From positions 32,001 through 96,000 of IMG/VR virus record IMGVR_UViG_3300024348_000005: a DNA stretch of 64,000 nt; one strand, written 5' to 3'. The position numbers were made by a program, and so were the translations under genes. The DNA comes from a virus. The notes below the pieces were generated by a model. That model did not search any database and was not told the DNA's origin. It saw only the letters and a list, made by a program, of their open reading frames with translations. This document shows, one piece after another, positions 51,169-61,036 of the stretch (the first letter of the stretch is position 1; every line of letters starts with the position of its first letter).

Positions 51169-52950
51169 ATGGCACAAATAATTAAACATAGAAGGGGTTC
51201 GATTGACACGTTAGTATCTGCAACAGCGAAAAAGGGTGAATTAATCATAGCAACAGGATCTGTTGGTAACATGAGTGGTCCTTGGGTATTTGTCGGTGAA
51301 ACCGAAGGTAGTGCCGGAGCATTTAGAGGATTATCAAAAATATATCAAGGTGCTGCGGTACCAAATTTAACGGTGGGTACATGGGGTTCAACACTTAACG
51401 GTACACCATATTATTCATCTAACGATAAGACATTATATATTTTAAGTAATGCTGGTAATACGGATATTGATTTAACGGGTAACATTGAGGGTAACACTAT
51501 TAGTGGATTGACAATTAATAAACTAACTGGTGATTTAAGATTGGCGGGTGATTTGTATATGACAGGTAATACCTATCAGACAGGTTCACATTACTTAACA
51601 GGAGATGTTATTTTATCGGGTAGTATTAATATTGGTGATAACGTAACCGGAGATACCATTAATTTTAATGGTGAAGTTAATTCAAACATCTTACCAACAA
51701 CAGGTGCGACATTTAATTTAGGTTCTTCAGGAAAGACGTGGAATAATATATTCGCCGAAAATGCATATTTAACTAATTTAGAAATTGACAACATAACTTT
51801 AAATAGTTTATCACTTCCAGGTAATTTAACTGTAAGTGGTACAACAACATTATCTGGTTCTGTTTATGTTGAAGATTTAATTGAAAAAAGATTAGTTGTT
51901 GCTGGTGCCGGTGGTTTATTAACAAACTACAGTGGACTAACATTTAATAATGGTAATTTAAATGTTTCAGGAGCACTTGAAGTAACAAACATTCAAGGTA
52001 CAGGTTCACTTTATTTACGACCTGACAAAGCCGACGGAAGATACTTTGAAATTTATAACACCGCAGCAAGTGATGTACACATTAAATCTAGTAATGGATT
52101 AAGTTTCTTTGGTGATGACACGAATTACTTAAAAATTGACGACTCAGCACAAACAGTAACAATTGATAGTACAAACGGAATATTTTTAGATAGTAATACA
52201 AAGGTTAATGGAACATTAATAGTTACTGGTACCACATCATTACAAAATACTTTAACTGTAACAGGTACTACAATAATTCATGGAAATGAAACAGTAAACG
52301 GTATTTTAACTGTAACGGGAAACACTCAATTAGGTGGTAACTTATATGTTTCAGGAACATTAGAAGTTTTAGGATCATCAACAGAGGTACATATACAATC
52401 AAATACGGTTGAAATTAATGACAATATTATTTTATTAAATGCATATTCACCATTTGAAAGATATGCGGGTATAGCATTATATGATTCAGGTTCAACAGGA
52501 GAATCGGGTTCATTCTTGTGGGATTCATTGAACAACTATTTCTTAATGAACAATAACAGTGTAAGTAGTAAAGTTATTGGTACAACAACAAACACATTAG
52601 GTAACGAAAATAGTTTAACCTCAACATATTTTCCAATTGCAACTGGTGACAATACAATAGGAAATAGTTTGTTAAGATATTCAGGAACAACACTTTCATT
52701 TAATACTAACAAGTTTACTGTTGATTCATCAAGTGGTAATGTTTATGTAGATGGTAATGTTAGAGTTAATGGTGCTGGTGGTTCAAATTATACAGGTTAT
52801 ACATCTGAAATTGTATTTAAAAACAGTGATGATGATTTAGGATTTGTTAGTAGTACTGACACACAAACAGTTACAACACAGTTATTGGGATATCAATCTT
52901 CTGATGGTACTTTAGTTTTCTCATCATTAATTGATGGTGGTTCATACTAA
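51169..52950 (+). CDS. Tail fibre protein (Mtd-N-like start, IDGG end)
   Basis: MAQIIKHRRG...GELIIA start, beta-helix-type repeats and C-terminal IDGGSY. Confidence 0.6.
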   Translation: MAQIIKHRRGSIDTLVSATAKKGELIIATGSVGNMSGPWVFVGETEGSAGAFRGLSKIYQGAAVPNLTVGTWGSTLNGTPYYSSNDKTLYILSNAGNTDIDLTGNIEGNTISGLTINKLTGDLRLAGDLYMTGNTYQTGSHYLTGDVILSGSINIGDNVTGDTINFNGEVNSNILPTTGATFNLGSSGKTWNNIFAENAYLTNLEIDNITLNSLSLPGNLTVSGTTTLSGSVYVEDLIEKRLVVAGAGGLLTNYSGLTFNNGNLNVSGALEVTNIQGTGSLYLRPDKADGRYFEIYNTAASDVHIKSSNGLSFFGDDTNYLKIDDSAQTVTIDSTNGIFLDSNTKVNGTLIVTGTTSLQNTLTVTGTTIIHGNETVNGILTVTGNTQLGGNLYVSGTLEVLGSSTEVHIQSNTVEINDNIILLNAYSPFERYAGIALYDSGSTGESGSFLWDSLNNYFLMNNNSVSSKVIGTTTNTLGNENSLTSTYFPIATGDNTIGNSLLRYSGTTLSFNTNKFTVDSSSGNVYVDGNVRVNGAGGSNYTGYTSEIVFKNSDDDLGFVSSTDTQTVTTQLLGYQSSDGTLVFSSLIDGGSY

Positions 52951-52969
52951 TTAATTAAAATTAAAATAT

Positions 52970-52997
52970 AAAGGGAACTCAAAAGGTTCCCTTTTTT
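52970..52997 (+). terminator. Intrinsic terminator
   Basis: AAAGGGAAC-TCAAAAG-GTTCCCTTTTTT. Confidence 0.8.
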
Positions 52998-53041
52998 ATT
53001 AAATTCTATTTATTTAAACTATTTTTTTGTGTATTTATAGA

Positions 53042-53106
53042 AAGACTTATATAAGTCTTATTAACCGTGGTATATACCACAATTGAATGAGGGAACCATA
53101 CATATG
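53042..53106 (+). promoter_or_regulatory. Tandem TATATA-centred palindromes in leader
   Basis: AAGACTTATATAAGTCTT (53042-53059), GTGGTATATACCAC (53067-53080) and CATACATATG overlapping the ATG. Confidence 0.6.
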
Positions 53107-55080
53107 GCACAAATAGTCAAACTGCGTAGGAGCGCTGTATCCGGTCAAAAACCAACAAACAGTAATTTACAGCTAGGTGAATTAGCGTTGAATACCGCCG
53201 ATGGTAAGGTATACATGGCAGTGTCAGGTTCGGGAGGACCCTCAATTCAAGAATTATTAGTAACAAACACGGTTAATACAGGTTCAATTTATCTTACAAA
53301 TAATGTAACCGCATCTTTTTTCACAGGTTCATTTATTGGTAATGGTACGGGTTTATATAACGTACCGGCAAGTGGTGTAACTGGATTAAGTCTTTACCAA
53401 ATCGTAAGTGGTTCGGTATCTGCCTCAATATCACCTGATTTAGGATTTCAAATTAATACTAATACTGCAATAACAGGTACATTATCTGTTAGTGGTAATT
53501 TATTTGCAACATCATCACACGCAATTAGTGCATCATATGCCGCGAATGCCATTATTGTTTCTGGACAAACAAAAACTTTAACGGTAAATCCGGCAGCAAC
53601 AACATGGTCATTCCAACATAATTTAGGTTACAAATATCCAGCAATTAATGTTTTTGATGTTAATGATAATGTAGTTGTACCAAAAGAAATAACTGTAGTT
53701 GACAATAATAATTTAGTTGTATATTTCGATACACCACAAATAGGTACTGTAATTGCAACGATTGGTGGTAACGGTTCTTCCGGAACAAGCGGAACATCAG
53801 GTACGAGTGGTTCTTCAGGAACTGCAGGTACGTCAGGTACGTCAGGAACAAGTGGAAGTTCAGGATCATCAGGTTCTAGTGGTAGTTCAGGTACAACCGG
53901 TTCTTCAGGAACCTCAGGTTCATCGGGAAGTAGTGGTAGTACTACCGTAGGTGCTTATAATTCTTTAACAGTATCAAGTCCAAGCACAACATGGTCATTT
54001 CAACATGATTTAGGTGCTCAATATCCTGTATTTCAAATTTATGATACAAATGGTTTTGTAATAATTCCACAACAAATACAAGCCATTGATTTATATAATT
54101 CAACAATAACATTTTCATCACCACAATCAGGTATTGTTGTTGCAACTCTTGGTGAAGGTGGTGGTGGGTCTTCAGGTACTTCAGGCACTAGTGGAACCTC
54201 AGGTTCAAGCGGTAGTAGTGGAACTTCAGGTACGTCAGGAACAAGTGGAAGTAGTGGTACAAGTGGTTCTGCCGGAACTAGTGGTACTTCAGGTAGTTCA
54301 GGGTCAAGTGGAACGTCAGGAACAAGTGGTACATCAGGTTCTAGTGGTTCTTCAGGAACATCTGGTACAAGTGGTAGTGATGGTTCATCGGGTACTAGTG
54401 GTAGTAGTGGAACCTCAGGTTCAAGTGGTAGTAGTGGAACGGCCGGTACATCAGGTTCTTCAGGTTCTAGCGGTAGTAGTGGTACTAGTGGAACATCAGG
54501 GTCTAGTGGTACTAGTGGAACATCAGGGTCTAGTGGTTCGTCAGGAACAAGTGGTAGTAGTGGAACGTCCGGCACATCGGGTTCTTCAGGAACTGCGGGT
54601 ACATCAGGTACATCAGTAACAGTTGGAGGTACGACTAATACGATTGTTAAGTTTGATTCACCAACAACAATTGCTGATTCAAATATAGATGACAACGGTA
54701 GTTTAATTACACTAAACACAAATACAACAATTTCAGGGTCATTATCTGTAACGGGAAGTGTTGGTATAACCAACGGTAGAATATATAATCAATATTCAAA
54801 TGTTGTTTCAGGTACAACAAGTGTTTTTGCAATTCAAACAGGTTCATTTACCTCCGCATTTTTCAATTATACATTATATGATCAAGCAAACGCTAGAGCG
54901 GGTATTATTGTGAGTGCTTGGAATGGTAACATTATAAACTATAATGAAACAACAACTACCGACATTGGAGACACAACGGATGCAACATTTGACATAACAT
55001 TATCAAATGAAGGTCACATCGAATTAAAGGTTATTTCAACCGCTAACTGGTCTTTTAAAACAATGACAACATTTTTATAA
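53104..55080 (+). CDS. Tail fibre protein with Gly-Ser/Thr-Ser triplet tracts
   Basis: MAQIVKLRRSAVSGQKP...GELALNTADGKVY start, WSFQHNLG modules and GSS/GTS tracts. Start set at ATG 53104. Confidence 0.65.
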   Translation: MAQIVKLRRSAVSGQKPTNSNLQLGELALNTADGKVYMAVSGSGGPSIQELLVTNTVNTGSIYLTNNVTASFFTGSFIGNGTGLYNVPASGVTGLSLYQIVSGSVSASISPDLGFQINTNTAITGTLSVSGNLFATSSHAISASYAANAIIVSGQTKTLTVNPAATTWSFQHNLGYKYPAINVFDVNDNVVVPKEITVVDNNNLVVYFDTPQIGTVIATIGGNGSSGTSGTSGTSGSSGTAGTSGTSGTSGSSGSSGSSGSSGTTGSSGTSGSSGSSGSTTVGAYNSLTVSSPSTTWSFQHDLGAQYPVFQIYDTNGFVIIPQQIQAIDLYNSTITFSSPQSGIVVATLGEGGGGSSGTSGTSGTSGSSGSSGTSGTSGTSGSSGTSGSAGTSGTSGSSGSSGTSGTSGTSGSSGSSGTSGTSGSDGSSGTSGSSGTSGSSGSSGTAGTSGSSGSSGSSGTSGTSGSSGTSGTSGSSGSSGTSGSSGTSGTSGSSGTAGTSGTSVTVGGTTNTIVKFDSPTTIADSNIDDNGSLITLNTNTTISGSLSVTGSVGITNGRIYNQYSNVVSGTTSVFAIQTGSFTSAFFNYTLYDQANARAGIIVSAWNGNIINYNETTTTDIGDTTDATFDITLSNEGHIELKVISTANWSFKTMTTFL

Positions 55081-55152
55081 AAAATAAATGAAATTAAGTA
55101 AATAACAAATATTTATAAAGGACTTAGTGTAATATAAAAACAAAAGTAAAAA

Positions 55153-58100
55153 ATGGCAAATCAATTCATAGTTAAAAACGGTCTCATTGTAGACCAAGGT
55201 GGCGCGATAATAACGGGTTCATCCAATATTTCGGGCTCATTAGCAATAACAGGTTCACTCAACCTTTCAGGTAGTCAAACAATTACCGGAAATTTAGAGG
55301 TTGGAGGTAATTTGATCGCCAATCAATACATTGTTTCTTCTTCAGTTAGTTATATAACAGAATCTTTTGCCTCAGGTTCACATAAATTTGGTGACAGTTT
55401 AGACGATAATCATGATTTTACTGGTAGTCTAAACATCACAGGTTCATTAAATATTAATGGTACTTCATATACTGCTGCAACATCAGGTACTTCAGGTACT
55501 TCAGGTAGTTCAGGAACAAGTGGTACATCGGGTTCTTCAGGGTCAAGTGGAAGTAGCGGTTCATCAGGAACAGCTGGTTCTTCAGGAACAAGTGGTACCT
55601 CAGGTTCTTCAGGAACTGCCGGTACGTCAGGTACATCAGGTTCTTCAGGTACATCAGGTTCTTCAGGTACTGCAGGAACAAGTGGTTCATCAGGTTCTTC
55701 AGGAACTAGTGGTTCATCTGGTTCTTCAGGTTCAAGTGGTACATCAGGTTCAAGTGGTACTGCGGGTACTTCAGGAAGTTCAGGTACATCAGGTTCTGCA
55801 GGTACGTCAGGTACTTCTGGTTCAAGTGGTACTGCAGGAACAAGTGGTTCATCAGGTTCTAGTGGGTCAAGTGGTTCTTCAGGAACTTCAGGTTCTAGTG
55901 GATCAAGTGGAACATCAGGTTCTAGTGGTTCATCGGGAAGTTCCGGAACTTCAGGTTCAAGTGGTTCTTCGGGTAGTGATGGTTCTTCAGGAACATCAGG
56001 TACTTCAGGTACTGCGGGAACTTCAGGAACTTCAGGTTCTAGTGGTTCTTCAGGTAGTTCGGGTACATCAGGTTCTAGTGGTTCTTCAGGAACAAGTGGT
56101 TCATCGGGAACATCAGGTTCTAGTGGTTCTTCAGGTTCAAGTGGGTCTAGTGGTAGTTCTGGAACATCGGGTTCTAGCGGTTCTGCTGGTACATCAGGTT
56201 CTTCAGGTACTTCAGGTTCTAGTGGTTCTTCAGGTTCTTCAGGTTCTTCAGGAACTGCGGGAACATCAGGAACATCAGGTTCTTCAGGTTCTTCAGGTTC
56301 TTCAGGAACAGCAGGTACTGCGGGTACGTCAGGTACATCGGGTTCATCGGGAACATCAGGTTCATCAGGTTCTAGTGGAAGTAGTGGAACTGCGGGTACT
56401 TCAGGTACTTCGGGTACATCAGGTTCTTCAGGTTCATCAGGAAGTAGTGGTACTGCAGGTACTGCGGGTACATCAGGAACATCAGGTTCGTCTGGTACAT
56501 CAGAGGTTTATAAAACAACATCAACTTCAACCTTTACATTAGGTCAAGCTGGATCATTAACGGTCCTATCAGGATTAAGTTACTCAGCGGGACAATCAAT
56601 TATAATCGCTTACGACGTTAACAATTATCAAGAGTCTGACGTTGTAAGTTATAGTGGAACAACATTAACATTCACAGCACCAGATTCAAATGGTACTGTG
56701 GGTAGCGGTATATATTCAGATTGGACAATTAACTTGGATGGTGCAACAGGTGCCGATGGTAGTTCAGGAACCTCAGGTTCTTCAGGTTCTTCAGGTTCAA
56801 GCGGTTCATCAGGTTCAAGTGGTTCATCAGGTACAGCAGGAACTTCAGGAACATCAGGTTCAAGTGGTTCTTCAGGAAGTAGCGGAACGGCTGGTACATC
56901 TGGTACATCAGGAAGTTCAGGTTCAAGTGGTTCATCAGGTTCATCAGGTTCAAGTGGAACATCTGGATCAAGTGGAACATCAGGTTCTTCAGGTTCTTCA
57001 GGTTCTTCAGGAACATCAGGAACAAGTGGAAGTTCAGGTTCATCAGGTTCATCAGGAACGGCCGGTACAAGTGGTAGTTCAGGAAGTTCAGGAACTGCAG
57101 GAACATCCGGTTCTTCAGGAACATCAGGTTCAAGTGGATCATCGGGAACTGCTGGTACATCAGGTACAAGTGGAACTTCAGGAAGTAGTGGTTCAAGTGG
57201 TTCGTCAGGAACTGCGGGTACATCTGGTTCTTCAGGTAGTTCAGGTTCATCAGGTACAGGTGGTACATCAGGGTCTTCAGGAACATCAGGAACATCAGGT
57301 TCTAGCGGTTCAAGTGGTTCTTCAGGAACAGCAGGAACAAGTGGTACCTCAGGTAGTTCAGGAACTGCAGGTTCTTCAGGAACAGCAGGTACAAGTGGAA
57401 CATCGGGGTCTTCTGGTTCATCAGGTTCTTCAGGTGATAGTATATTCGCTTTAACAGGTTCAGTTTGGGAGACGAATTTTAGTGTTAAATTTAATCAACC
57501 AGTAACTTCTTCTGTATTCACAGGTTCATTTATAGGTGATGGTGCGGGTTTATATAATATTCCAGCGTCAGGTGTTACAGGATTAGAATTAAATAAAATA
57601 GTAAACGGTGCGGTAAGTGCATCTGTTTTATCTGATGGAACATTCAGAGTAAACGGAGATACCTATATTAATGGTACATTAACCGCAAAAGAAATACATA
57701 CGAGTATTGTTACATCTTCAGTACTTTACGAAAGTGGTAGTACTAAATTTGGAGACACACTTGATGATACTCATTCATTTACTGGTTCTGTTAACATTAC
57801 AGGTTCAATTTCATTAAATGGTCAAGCAATTGGTACAGGTAAATTAGATGAAACAGCATTCAATACGTATGTTTCAGGTTCAAGTTCACAATTTGCCGGT
57901 ACATCGTCATTTGCTGTTTCTTCATCATATGCTGTTTACGCTGAAAATGCGGTTATTGTTTCAGGTCAAACTAAAACATTAACAGTAGGTTCTAATACAA
58001 CAACATGGTCATTTAATCATAGTTTAGGATACAAATATCCTGCAATTAACGTTTTTGACACTAACGACAAAGTTATTGTTCCAACAGAGATTGAGGTTAT

Positions 58101-60924
58101 TGATAGTAATAATTTAAAAGTATATTTTAACGTACCACAAAGTGGTACAGTAATTGCAACTGTTGGTGGTAACGGTTCTTCAGGAACATCAGGAACCGCA
58201 GGTACAAGTGGTAGTTCAGGAACAGCAGGAACAAGTGGAACATCAGGTTCTTCAGGTAGTTCAGGTTCTTCAGGTTCTTCAGGTAGTTCAGGAACATCAG
58301 GTTCAGCAGGTACTTCAGGTTCTAGTGGTTCTTCAGGAACCGCCGGTACATCAGGTAGTGACGGTTCTTCAGGAACATCGGGTAGTTCAGGTTCTAGTGG
58401 TTCTTCGGGAACTGCGGGTTCATCAGGAACTTCAGGTAGTTCAGGTTCATCAGGTAGTTCAGGAACAAGTGGAACGTCAGGTTCTAGTGGTTCAAGTGGT
58501 TCATCAGGAACAAGTGGAACTTCAGGAACTTCGGGTTCATCAGGAAGTTCAGGTACAAGTGGAACATCAGGTTCGTCAGGAACAAGTGGAAGTTCGGGTT
58601 CATCAGGTTCTAGTGGTTCTTCAGGAACTGCAGGTACGTCAGGTACTTCAGGAACAAGTGGAAGCTCAGGTTCTTCAGGTTCTAGTGGAACATCAGGTTC
58701 ATCAGGTTCTTCGGGAAGTTCAGGAAGTTCGGGTTCATCAGGAACATCAGGAACATCAGGTTCATCAGGAAGTTCAGGGTCAAGTGGAACTGCTGGTACT
58801 TCGGGTACTTCAGGTTCATCGGGGTCATCAGGAAGTAGCGGAACTGCTGGTACATCGGGTACATCAGGTACTTCAGAGGTTTATAAAACAACATCAACTT
58901 CAACCTTTACATTAGGTAATTCAGGTTCGTTAACAGTACCAAGTGGATTAAGTTATTCAGTTGGACAGTCAATTATAGTTGCGTACGATATAAATAATTA
59001 TCAAGAGTCGGTTGTCGTTAGTTATAGCGGGACAACATTAACATTTAGTGCACCTAACATTAATGGTACTTTTGGTAGTGGTATATATTCAGATTGGAAT
59101 ATTAACTTAGATGGTACAACAGGTGCTGACGGTTCTTCAGGTACTTCAGGTACTTCAGGTACTTCAGGTTCTAGTGGTTCATCAGGTTCGTCAGGAACAG
59201 CGGGTACTTCAGGTTCAAGTGGTTCAAGTGGTTCATCAGGAACATCGGGTTCAGCGGGTACTTCAGGTAGTTCAGGGTCAAGTGGAACATCTGGTTCAAG
59301 TGGTTCTTCAGGTACTTCAGGTAGTTCGGGTTCTTCAGGAACAGCCGGTACAAGTGGAACATCAGGTTCTAGTGGTTCAAGTGGAAGTTCTGGTACATCA
59401 GGCACTTCAGGAACATCAGGTTCAGCGGGTACTTCAGGTAGTTCAGGGTCAAGTGGAACATCAGGTTCTTCAGGAACATCGGGTTCTTCAGGTTCAAGTG
59501 GTTCTTCAGGCACCGCAGGCACTTCGGGTACCTCGGGAAGTTCAGGTTCATCAGGAAGTTCAGGTAGTAATGGATCATCAGGAACAAGTGGAACATCGGG
59601 TTCTTCAGGAACATCGGGAAGTAGTGGTAGTACTACGGTAGGTGCATACAATTCATTAACCGTATCAACACCAAGTACAACATGGTCATTCCAACACGAT
59701 TTGGGAGCACAATATCCTGTTGTTCAAATTTACGATTCAAACGGATTTGCAATTATACCTACAACAATTAGAGCAATTGACTTATATAATATTGAAGTAA
59801 CATTCTCAACACCACAAGCCGGTTTAATTGCGGTGACACTTGGTGAAGGTGGTGGTGGTTCATCAGGAACAAGTGGTAGCTCAGGTTCTTCAGGTTCTTC
59901 AGGAACCGCAGGTACAAGTGGTAGTTCAGGAACTGCAGGTTCATCTGGTTCTTCAGGAACTGCAGGTTCAAGTGGTACATCAGGAACAAGTGGAACATCT
60001 GGTTCTAGTGGTTCAAGTGGAACATCGGGTACATCAGGTAGCTCAGGTTCTTCAGGAACAAGTGGAAGTTCAGGTACATCAGGTTCATCAGGAAGTTCAG
60101 GTACTTCAGGTTCGGCTGGAACATCAGGAACAAGTGGTACAAGTGGTTCTAGTGGGTCAAGTGGTTCATCGGGAACAAGCGGTAGTTCAGGTTCTTCAGG
60201 AACTTCAGGTTCAAGTGGGTCATCTGGTTCTTCAGGAACATCAGGTACTTCAGGAAGTTCAGGTAGTTCAGGTTCATCAGGAACCGCGGGAACAAGTGGT
60301 TCAAGTGGAACATCAGGAACTTCAGGTTCGTCAGGTTCTAGTGGGTCATCTGGTACTTCAGGTACGAGTGGAACATCAGGTTCTTCAGGAACGTCAGGTT
60401 CTAACGGTTCAAGTGGTACGAGTGGTTCAAGTGGTTCTTCAGGAACAGCAGGTACTTCAGGTTCCGCGGGTACATCAGGTACATCAGGTTTAATAACATT
60501 AGCGGGAACAACTGATAATGGTATTATAACACTCAATGGTAGTTCACCAAATGGTACCGTTGAATCTAATTTAACATTTAATGGTTCAACATTAGATTTG
60601 ACGGGTGACATCTTAATGAATTCTAAAGTTGGTTTTAAATCAGAAAGAATTACAGGTGTAACAGGAACATCAACAGTGTTTATATTAACAGGATTTGATG
60701 GTATGGTTATGGATTACTTGGCAAAAAATGGTTCTAACATGAGAGCGGGTACGGTTGTGGGTATTTGGGATGGTTCAAATTCTAATTTATCTGAAACGAC
60801 AACAACTGACTTAGGTAACACAACTGCAATCACATTTAGTGTATCAAATGCGGGAACAATAAGTGTAAACGCGTCATCAGGAACATGGACAATTACTGCA
60901 ACAGTAAGAGCGTTAAGTAGTTAA
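55153..60924 (+). CDS. Giant collagen-like (G-S/T-S) tail fibre protein
   Basis: 1923 aa; five Gly-X-Y tracts (about 1200 aa) separated by globular modules; C-terminal domain paralogous to that of the 53104 gene. Confidence 0.65.
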   Translation: MANQFIVKNGLIVDQGGAIITGSSNISGSLAITGSLNLSGSQTITGNLEVGGNLIANQYIVSSSVSYITESFASGSHKFGDSLDDNHDFTGSLNITGSLNINGTSYTAATSGTSGTSGSSGTSGTSGSSGSSGSSGSSGTAGSSGTSGTSGSSGTAGTSGTSGSSGTSGSSGTAGTSGSSGSSGTSGSSGSSGSSGTSGSSGTAGTSGSSGTSGSAGTSGTSGSSGTAGTSGSSGSSGSSGSSGTSGSSGSSGTSGSSGSSGSSGTSGSSGSSGSDGSSGTSGTSGTAGTSGTSGSSGSSGSSGTSGSSGSSGTSGSSGTSGSSGSSGSSGSSGSSGTSGSSGSAGTSGSSGTSGSSGSSGSSGSSGTAGTSGTSGSSGSSGSSGTAGTAGTSGTSGSSGTSGSSGSSGSSGTAGTSGTSGTSGSSGSSGSSGTAGTAGTSGTSGSSGTSEVYKTTSTSTFTLGQAGSLTVLSGLSYSAGQSIIIAYDVNNYQESDVVSYSGTTLTFTAPDSNGTVGSGIYSDWTINLDGATGADGSSGTSGSSGSSGSSGSSGSSGSSGTAGTSGTSGSSGSSGSSGTAGTSGTSGSSGSSGSSGSSGSSGTSGSSGTSGSSGSSGSSGTSGTSGSSGSSGSSGTAGTSGSSGSSGTAGTSGSSGTSGSSGSSGTAGTSGTSGTSGSSGSSGSSGTAGTSGSSGSSGSSGTGGTSGSSGTSGTSGSSGSSGSSGTAGTSGTSGSSGTAGSSGTAGTSGTSGSSGSSGSSGDSIFALTGSVWETNFSVKFNQPVTSSVFTGSFIGDGAGLYNIPASGVTGLELNKIVNGAVSASVLSDGTFRVNGDTYINGTLTAKEIHTSIVTSSVLYESGSTKFGDTLDDTHSFTGSVNITGSISLNGQAIGTGKLDETAFNTYVSGSSSQFAGTSSFAVSSSYAVYAENAVIVSGQTKTLTVGSNTTTWSFNHSLGYKYPAINVFDTNDKVIVPTEIEVIDSNNLKVYFNVPQSGTVIATVGGNGSSGTSGTAGTSGSSGTAGTSGTSGSSGSSGSSGSSGSSGTSGSAGTSGSSGSSGTAGTSGSDGSSGTSGSSGSSGSSGTAGSSGTSGSSGSSGSSGTSGTSGSSGSSGSSGTSGTSGTSGSSGSSGTSGTSGSSGTSGSSGSSGSSGSSGTAGTSGTSGTSGSSGSSGSSGTSGSSGSSGSSGSSGSSGTSGTSGSSGSSGSSGTAGTSGTSGSSGSSGSSGTAGTSGTSGTSEVYKTTSTSTFTLGNSGSLTVPSGLSYSVGQSIIVAYDINNYQESVVVSYSGTTLTFSAPNINGTFGSGIYSDWNINLDGTTGADGSSGTSGTSGTSGSSGSSGSSGTAGTSGSSGSSGSSGTSGSAGTSGSSGSSGTSGSSGSSGTSGSSGSSGTAGTSGTSGSSGSSGSSGTSGTSGTSGSAGTSGSSGSSGTSGSSGTSGSSGSSGSSGTAGTSGTSGSSGSSGSSGSNGSSGTSGTSGSSGTSGSSGSTTVGAYNSLTVSTPSTTWSFQHDLGAQYPVVQIYDSNGFAIIPTTIRAIDLYNIEVTFSTPQAGLIAVTLGEGGGGSSGTSGSSGSSGSSGTAGTSGSSGTAGSSGSSGTAGSSGTSGTSGTSGSSGSSGTSGTSGSSGSSGTSGSSGTSGSSGSSGTSGSAGTSGTSGTSGSSGSSGSSGTSGSSGSSGTSGSSGSSGSSGTSGTSGSSGSSGSSGTAGTSGSSGTSGTSGSSGSSGSSGTSGTSGTSGSSGTSGSNGSSGTSGSSGSSGTAGTSGSAGTSGTSGLITLAGTTDNGIITLNGSSPNGTVESNLTFNGSTLDLTGDILMNSKVGFKSERITGVTGTSTVFILTGFDGMVMDYLAKNGSNMRAGTVVGIWDGSNSNLSETTTTDLGNTTAITFSVSNAGTISVNASSGTWTITATVRALSS

Positions 60925-60944
60925 GATTTAAATAAAAAATAGAT

Positions 60945-60972
60945 AAAAAGGGGGAATTTATCCCCCTTTTTT
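60945..60972 (+). terminator. Intrinsic terminator
   Basis: AAAAAGGGGGA-ATTTA-TCCCCCTTTTTT. Confidence 0.85.
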
Positions 60973-61036
60973 ATTTTATAACAAACCGTTTAATATTTAT
61001 ATAGTAACACATTAGTGGAAATGAAACTAATCAATT

